5,644 bases of DNA from positions 1-5,644 of IMG/VR virus record IMGVR_UViG_2684622552_000005. One strand, written 5' to 3'. The translations under genes were made by a program, and so were the position numbers. Below the pieces are notes generated by a model. It was not told the origin of the DNA and did not search any database. It saw only the letters and a list, made by a program, of their open reading frames with translations. Positions 1 through 4,413 of this stretch are shown here, one piece after another; positions within the stretch are counted from its first letter, which is position 1, and the number at the start of each line of letters is the position of its first letter. This DNA is from a virus. Taxonomy: Duplodnaviria; Heunggongvirae; Uroviricota; Caudoviricetes.

Positions 1-568
1 TATCGCGTCCTCAACAATGAGTTTTGTGATGCGGTGCCTGGTGCCTCCAGGTGACGTTAACCAGTTAACAATTAACGCCGGATACAGAGAATCCACCCAT
101 AACACTGTTTTTGGTTTTAACTGTTCCGCGTGCGCTTAGCCGCATTCACCGCATCACAAAATTCACTTTAAAAAGGGCGGCAGAGCAGTCACGGAGTAAA
201 ACTGATACCGCCAAACGTCACCAGAAAATTGATAACAGAGGGCGTTGCAGCGGGGTTGTCACTTAAGCGTATGGTCAACCTGACAACCCGGTGTCCTCAA
301 CGGGGGAAGGAATAACCCCGCCATACTTACCGCCGCGCCATTTCGCGGATTGCCACAACCGGAAGCGCACGGTCGACGAAAATTTAACGACAGGCTATCT
401 ATGAACCAGCTACCTCGCCGTGCGCTTTCGCGTTATGGTCTGACTTTTCAGGGAAATATCCTTTCAGTAAACTGTCAGTGCCGGATGCTCACCCGTGTCC
501 GGCGCACGCACTCCACCTCACCCGTGGAGAACTCCTTAATTACCAACCTTAGCTTCGTTGGTTAGCTA

Positions 569-787
569 TTAACGCGGGTATGTAATCATTCTGGCAATGC
601 TTAATGCCGCTGCTTTTTCCAGATTGGTGATATCCTGCTCCAGAGAGGACAGATTTTCAGCCTGCTTAGCCCTGGCTTCATTGGCCCATTTCAGATCCTG
701 CGCTGCATTAATTTTCTGGTGCATCCACTCATAAAGTTCATCATCGGTATAGTCTGGCGCGATGATGACGGGTTCTCGTTTCTGCAT
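569..787 (-). CDS. Hypothetical small prophage early-left protein (72 aa)
   Basis: ATG-initiated ORF (plus-strand cat at 785-787); GAGGAA Shine-Dalgarno 5 nt upstream on the minus strand; co-oriented with and downstream of two other small ORFs and the repressor gene. No recognisable motif. Confidence 0.5.
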   Translation of the reverse strand: MQKREPVIIAPDYTDDELYEWMHQKINAAQDLKWANEARAKQAENLSSLEQDITNLEKAAALSIARMITYPR

Positions 788-816
788 ACTGATTCCTCGC
801 GGTGCTGTTTCGCTTA

Positions 817-945
817 TCAGCCGTTAGATTTTGCCGAACTGGAAAGCGCCTGTTTAAATTCGTTGAAGCTGAGAGCTTCTTCGCCTTCGGCAAGACCTTC
901 GAAGTATTCTTCGTAAGCCTTTTCCATGATTGTGTCGAAATCCAT
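817..945 (-). CDS. Hypothetical small acidic protein (42 aa), apparently translationally coupled to the upstream ORF
   Basis: Not in the ORF track (below its length cutoff). Hand translation: MDFDTIMEKAYEEYFEGLAEGEEALSFNEFKQALSSSAKSNG. ATG at 943-945 lies 1 nt after the TGA of ORF 947-1183 (TGAtATG); AGGTGA Shine-Dalgarno 5 nt upstream. The frame stays open upstream to about 1018, so a frameshifted remnant of a longer gene is an alternative. Confidence 0.35.
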   Translation of the reverse strand: MDFDTIMEKAYEEYFEGLAEGEEALSFNEFKQALSSSAKSNG

Positions 946-946
946 A

Positions 947-1183
947 TCACTCACCTGAGTTTCTTTCCAGCCAGCGACGGGCACCATTTTCGGTTTTAAA
1001 CGTTTTGCTTTTGGTATACGTCATCGCGGTGAACGTACCGTCCTGGTTGGGGAACACGCCACATACCAGAGATTCGCTGTTGCCAAGATCGATAGTATCC
1101 ATGCTGACCTCATTTCCCCTTAACGCCGGGGTAGCGGAACAAAAACCTGCTGCATAGTTATTAAAGTTGAACCCTGCCGTCAT
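947..1183 (-). CDS. Hypothetical small prophage protein (78 aa), first gene of the leftward operon
   Basis: ATG-initiated ORF (cat at 1181-1183) with GAGG about 9 nt upstream; lies directly downstream (leftward) of the putative OL/PL region. No recognisable motif. Confidence 0.5.
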   Translation of the reverse strand: MTAGFNFNNYAAGFCSATPALRGNEVSMDTIDLGNSESLVCGVFPNQDGTFTAMTYTKSKTFKTENGARRWLERNSGE

Positions 1184-1288
1184 GTTCTTACGCCTCGGGC
1201 TGGCTACTTAACCCCTGACCACTGCCTGGTAACTCGAAGTATTGCCCTGCATTCTGTGGGGCGGGGTGGGTTGGTATGAAAAGAAGGA

Positions 1289-1325
1289 TACCCATAGGTA
1301 TTTAAAAAGTAAATACCCATGGGTA
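1289..1325. promoter_or_regulatory. Putative OL: two 12-bp palindromic operator sites (TACCCATAGGTA at 1289-1300; perfect palindrome TACCCATGGGTA at 1314-1325), likely overlapping a leftward promoter
   Basis: Seen in sequence: two sites of the form TACC-N4-GGTA with centres 25 bp apart in the 185-bp gap between the repressor gene and the leftward small-gene operon. The same motif family recurs in the repressor/ydaS divergent region. Possible minus-strand -35 TTTACT / -10 TATCCT overlapping the sites (weak call). Confidence 0.5.
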
Positions 1326-1367
1326 ACTTTTTGCGATGTCTTAACTGGTGACTAGTTGTTTGGTGAG

Positions 1368-1787
1368 CTATGATGCGTTTTGTGCTTTCTTTTTACGGAT
1401 TTCTTCGTAGATCATATTGTAATACTGTTTTTTCTCTTCAAGAGTTTTTAATAATTTATCCGCTTCACTTTCTGGCAGTTCGTCTAAGAGATCTAAAAAA
1501 ATACGTTGTCGTGGCGTTAGAACCCTTGTTTCATAACTGGAGGCTGTGTTCGTTGATGATGAAACGATACCATCCATCCATCCCCGGGGTAACCCAAAGG
1601 ACTCTTCGATAATCTCCACCATATCATCAGCGATCCGTTTTTTTCCCTTTTTCCCCTCTGGGTACAACATTCTTGATACATAAGAAGGCTCGCGCCCGAT
1701 CTTTCTGGCCACGTTAACCGCTTTACCATCGCATTTCTCATCACGAATTTTGATGAGTTGCTGTCGTCTAAATTCATATTTGTCCAT
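1368..1787 (-). CDS. Prophage immunity repressor, HTH DNA-binding protein (CI / RacR-like functional analogue; no LexA-like peptidase domain)
   Basis: 139-aa ATG-initiated ORF. N-terminal segment (KAVNVARKIGREPSYVSRMLYPEGKKGKKRI) looks like a Cro/CI-type helix-turn-helix; the C-terminal half is charged and helical (likely dimerisation). Sits divergent from a Cro-like gene and between two operator clusters, the position of a lambdoid repressor. Confidence 0.75.
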   Translation of the reverse strand: MDKYEFRRQQLIKIRDEKCDGKAVNVARKIGREPSYVSRMLYPEGKKGKKRIADDMVEIIEESFGLPRGWMDGIVSSSTNTASSYETRVLTPRQRIFLDLLDELPESEADKLLKTLEEKKQYYNMIYEEIRKKKAQNAS

Positions 1788-1807
1788 AGGTAAATAATAG
1801 ATGCGAT

Positions 1808-1862
1808 TACCGCAAGGTAAACAACCTATGGGTATTGACTTTTGTTTACCTGTGGGTATTCT
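1808..1862. promoter_or_regulatory. Putative OR/PR: three operator-like sites (TACCGCAAGGTA 1808-1819; AACCTATGGGTA 1823-1834; TACCTGTGGGTA 1847-1858) overlapping a rightward sigma70-like promoter (-35 TTGACT 1835-1840, 16-bp spacer, -10 TATTCT 1857-1862)
   Basis: Seen in sequence. The sites share the TACC-N4-GGTA pattern with the OL sites. The promoter hexamers are positioned to drive ydaS (AAGGAG Shine-Dalgarno at 1877-1882, ATG at 1888). The three-site arrangement resembles lambda OR1-3. Confidence 0.5.
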
Positions 1863-1887
1863 TTGCTGTGTTTACTAAGGAGTAGCT

Positions 1888-2169
1888 ATGGAAGAATTAA
1901 GAATATTTCTCAATTCTCTTTCGTCAGATGAACAGCGTATGTTTGCATGCGAGTGTGGTACCAGCATCGGTTATCTAAGAAAGGCATTGAGTAAAGGTCA
2001 AGTGTTAGGGGCATCGTTATGTGTCCTTATTGAGCGAGCCAGTAATGGTGAAGTTACACGTCAGCAACTAAGGCCTTTTGATTGGATGAATATTTGGCCC
2101 GAGCTGGAAGATACCAAAACGTTAACACAACCACTTTCTAGGAGCTTGATTCATGAAAATCAAGCATGA
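1888..2169 (+). CDS. ydaS: YdaS-family Cro-like HTH regulator (93 aa)
   Basis: ATG with AAGGAG Shine-Dalgarno; divergent from the repressor. C-terminal motif IERASNGEVTRQQLRPFDW matches, from memory, the conserved IERAT.GEV...LRPD..W segment of Rac YdaS-family proteins. Its 3' end overlaps the start of the next gene by 17 nt. Confidence 0.7.
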   Translation: MEELRIFLNSLSSDEQRMFACECGTSIGYLRKALSKGQVLGASLCVLIERASNGEVTRQQLRPFDWMNIWPELEDTKTLTQPLSRSLIHENQA

Positions 2170-2578
2170 ACACATCCGCATGGCGATGAATGCCTGGGCG
2201 CATCCGGACGGTGAAAAAGTTCCGGCAGCTGAAATAACCAGGGCTTATTTTGAACTGGGTATGACGTTCCCAGAACTGTATGACGACAGCCATCCGGAAG
2301 CCCTGGCTCGCAATACCCAGAAAATTTTCCGCTGGGTAGAGAAAGACACCCCTGATGCAGTTGAAAAAATTCAGGCGTTGTTACCAGCGATCGAAAAGGC
2401 AATGCCACCTTTGCTGGTGGCCAGAATGCGCAGCCACAGTTCAGCTTATTTTCGGGAGCTGGTGGAGACGCGGGAGCGACTGGTGAGAGATGCTGATGAT
2501 TTTGTCGCAGTGGCAATCGCCGGTTTCAATCAGATGAACCGTGGTGGCCCGGCAGGAAATGCTGTGGCAGTGCATTGA
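2153..2578 (+). CDS. ydaT: YdaT-family protein (141 aa), CII-like regulator / reported toxic component of the Rac ydaS-ydaT module
   Basis: Starts MKIKHEHI, as I recall for E. coli Rac YdaT. AGGAG Shine-Dalgarno 8 nt upstream. Overlaps the ydaS stop, indicating co-transcription. Family assignment is from memory and positional context, not a search. Confidence 0.7.
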   Translation: MKIKHEHIRMAMNAWAHPDGEKVPAAEITRAYFELGMTFPELYDDSHPEALARNTQKIFRWVEKDTPDAVEKIQALLPAIEKAMPPLLVARMRSHSSAYFRELVETRERLVRDADDFVAVAIAGFNQMNRGGPAGNAVAVH

Positions 2579-2649
2579 GTGATAATAGCCATATCGAATC
2601 GCTTCCGGCAACTCGTGAGTAAAAAGATTCGGTATCAGAAGAGGTGAGT

Positions 2650-3720
2650 ATGGCTAACGCCTGGCTCAGATTATGGCATGACATGCCAAATGACCCTAAG
2701 TGGCGAACAATTGCCAGGGTGTCAGGGCAGCCAATTGCAACAGTGATGGCAGTGTATATCCACCTCCTGGTGAGCGCGTCACGAAATGTCACGCGAGGTC
2801 ACATTGATGTCACGACAGAAGATTTGGCAAGTGCGCTCGACGTGACAGAAGAGGTAATTGATTCAATTTTGCAGACGATGCAGGGGCGGGTACTTGATGG
2901 TGATTTAATCACTGGATGGGAAAAACGCCAGGTGCTTAAAGAGGACAACGGTAATATTTCGCAAACCGCAAAATCTCCTGCAGAGCGCAAGAGGGCGCAG
3001 CGAGAGAGGGAAAGAAAGCGGGAACAAAATGGCGATTGTCACGGCGCGTCACGAAATGTCACGCACATGTCACGACGAGTCACGACAGATAAAGATACAG
3101 ATAAAGATACAGATCAAGAAGATCAAAACACTATGGTCCATGGCGTAAAAAACGCCACGAACCAGGCAGGGGATGTTCAGACCGTCAATCCTGGTCAGCC
3201 AGCAGGCACGACACCGGAAGCCGATTCAGCGTATGCGCTGAAAGCCGATTCGGGCGCTGTGCAGCAGGTGATGACCCAAAGGCCGGAACAATCACACCAA
3301 CTGCAGCAGCCTGAAGCCGATTCCGCCATTCAGCGGGAAGCCGATCGGGTAGTCCCGGAAAACACCGGGCTGTCTGTGGGACGAGTGGATTATCCGGATG
3401 TGTTCGAACAGGTCTGGCGGGAGTACCCGTTGCGTGCCGGAGCAAACCCGAAGAAATCCGCTTTCAGTGCCTGGAAGGCCAGATTACGCGAGGGGGTGCC
3501 ACCAGAGGCCATGCTGGATGGCGTGAGGCGTTACGCAAGATACTTGGCGGCTACCGGGAAAACGGGAACGGAATTTGTTCAGCGAGCGACGACGTTTTTT
3601 GGACCGGACCGGAATTTTGAGAACCCCTGGTTGCTCCCGGTAAGCGGCACGAACAACCAGCGTTGTGTGAATCATATTTCTGAACCGGATAACGAAATTC
3701 CGCCGGGCTTCAGGGGGTAA
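2650..3720 (+). CDS. Phage replication initiator-like protein (lambda O-like organisation) with iterons inside the coding sequence
   Basis: The ORF track starts at GTG 2644; ATG 2650 with GAGG 5 nt upstream is the more likely start. The C-terminal region (VFEQVWREYPLRAGANPKKSAFSAWKARL...FVQRATTFFGPDRNFENPW) resembles the conserved C-terminal domain of phage replication proteins. Two clusters of GTCACG repeats and an AT-rich repeat lie within the gene. It occupies the position after cro/cII analogues. Confidence 0.7.
   Translation: MANAWLRLWHDMPNDPKWRTIARVSGQPIATVMAVYIHLLVSASRNVTRGHIDVTTEDLASALDVTEEVIDSILQTMQGRVLDGDLITGWEKRQVLKEDNGNISQTAKSPAERKRAQRERERKREQNGDCHGASRNVTHMSRRVTTDKDTDKDTDQEDQNTMVHGVKNATNQAGDVQTVNPGQPAGTTPEADSAYALKADSGAVQQVMTQRPEQSHQLQQPEADSAIQREADRVVPENTGLSVGRVDYPDVFEQVWREYPLRAGANPKKSAFSAWKARLREGVPPEAMLDGVRRYARYLAATGKTGTEFVQRATTFFGPDRNFENPWLLPVSGTNNQRCVNHISEPDNEIPPGFRG
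2778..2814. repeat. Iteron cluster 1: four copies of GTCAC(G/A) at 10-11 bp spacing (2778, 2788, 2798, 2809)
   Basis: Seen in sequence: cgTCACGaaatgTCACGcgaggTCACAttgatgTCACGacag. Helical-turn periodicity is typical of initiator-binding iterons. Confidence 0.55.
3038..3110. repeat. Iteron cluster 2 (five GTCACG copies at 3038, 3048, 3058, 3069, 3079) followed by a tandem AGATAAAGATAC x2 AT-rich repeat (3087-3110): putative prophage replication origin
   Basis: Seen in sequence. The first 21 bp of this cluster (gcgcgtcacgaaatgtcacgc) are identical to the start of cluster 1, about 270 bp upstream. An iteron array plus adjacent A+T-rich tract inside the initiator gene mirrors ori-lambda inside gene O. 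Confidence 0.55.
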
Positions 3721-3760
3721 GTGTTAATTTCTGGTCATGAGGTAATTTTCAGGAGGGCTT

Positions 3761-4186
3761 GTGGCAAAAGTTTTTACACAAGAAGAGCGGGAAAAAATTA
3801 AAGGGCAGGTTGTTGAACTCGTACGCCAGAGTGGGCGCGAGACGTTACGACAACTGGAAACTAAAACTGGGGCAACAAGATATCTGATGAGCGTTCTGGC
3901 CAGAGAGCTGGTTGCCAGTGGCGATGTATACAACTCTGGTTACGGGTTATTCCCGTCTGAACAGGCGCGTAAGGACTGGCAAAATGCCCGTAAAAAGCTC
4001 TCAAGGGCAAAGCTGAAGAAACCATCTGCGGTTGATCCGGACCTTATCTGGTCATTACCTGACGGAGAAATACGTCGCTACGATAGTTGTCTAAACATAA
4101 TCTGTCGCGAGTGCCGGAAGAGCGAAGTTATGCAGCGCATTCTGGCATTTTATCAGGGAAATGTTAGGTATTTTAGACGTTACTAG
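3761..4186 (+). CDS. Hypothetical protein (141 aa) of unknown function in the slot where a helicase loader is expected
   Basis: GTG start with a strong AGGAGG Shine-Dalgarno 4 nt upstream, 40 nt after the initiator gene. No Walker A motif seen. Contains a C-x4-C-x2-C cluster (CLNIICRECRK). Composition resembles the flanking phage genes, not the AT-rich gene downstream. Confidence 0.55.
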   Translation: MAKVFTQEEREKIKGQVVELVRQSGRETLRQLETKTGATRYLMSVLARELVASGDVYNSGYGLFPSEQARKDWQNARKKLSRAKLKKPSAVDPDLIWSLPDGEIRRYDSCLNIICRECRKSEVMQRILAFYQGNVRYFRRY

Positions 4187-4276
4187 ATTAAAGGGCATTA
4201 GTTCAGATATGCATTGACATTTTCATGGCACAAGGTAGAGCTAGCGTGGTTGTTCGCTTTGTGCCAAGAGTGGTCA

Positions 4277-4372
4277 TTGATAATATTTGGGTGGGTTACA
4301 TCTGTCAATGTTTCAGGTGATATGATATACAAATAGCCAGACTTAGACTGGCATGCTGTTTATTTTTATATT
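4277..4372 (+). promoter_or_regulatory. Candidate promoter(s) for the AT-rich cargo gene: extended -10 TGaTATGAT (4318-4326) and/or -35 TAGACT (4344-4349) with 17-bp spacer and -10 TATATT (4367-4372)
   Basis: Seen in sequence within a 215-bp AT-rich noncoding stretch between the stop at 4186 and the cargo gene start. Hexamer matches are by eye and not supported experimentally. Confidence 0.3.
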
Positions 4373-4413
4373 ATGGGTGTGCCACATGGATTTAAAACTT
4401 ATTGAGATATGAC

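Noticed and set aside
541-563. Hairpin ACCAAC-N9-GTTGGT just downstream of the last leftward gene as a terminator
   Set aside because: Stem is short and not followed by a U-tract on the transcribed (minus) strand.
350-565. Plus-strand 71-aa ORF from the track
   Set aside because: Starts at TTG with no Shine-Dalgarno, is Arg-rich and low-complexity, and sits in an otherwise non-coding stretch; most likely a chance ORF.
719-1157. Plus-strand ORFs 719-916, 802-999, 930-1157 and minus ORF 741-950
   Set aside because: They overlap the minus-strand small-gene operon, which has proper Shine-Dalgarno sequences and fits the leftward transcription expected from OL/PL; these alternatives lack ribosome-binding sites and have odd composition.
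1370-1777. ORFs 1370-1612 (+) and 1517-1777 (-) inside the repressor gene
   Set aside because: They are alternative frames or the antisense of a well-supported HTH repressor ORF; no independent start signals.
2778-3084. Possibility that the GTCACG repeat clusters are a CRISPR array
   Set aside because: Repeat unit is only about 6 bp with about 4-5 bp spacers at helical periodicity, inside a coding sequence; this fits iterons, not a CRISPR repeat-spacer structure.
2160-3933. Minus-strand ORFs 2160-2516, 2526-2792, 2799-2990, 3185-3445, 3484-3675, 3724-3933
   Set aside because: All are antisense to the better-supported rightward genes (ydaT-like, initiator, 141-aa ORF), Pro/Arg/Ser-rich, and lack convincing starts; typical shadow ORFs.
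4231-4326. 31-aa plus-strand ORF (MAQGRASVVV...) in the AT-rich intergenic region
   Set aside because: No Shine-Dalgarno sequence, and it overlaps the predicted promoter and inverted repeats; probably non-coding.
4343-4351. TAGACTGGC, which resembles what I recall of an IS2 terminal sequence
   Set aside because: No partner inverted repeat or transposase in the right position; a 9-bp match in AT-rich DNA is likely coincidental. It more plausibly serves as a -35-like element.
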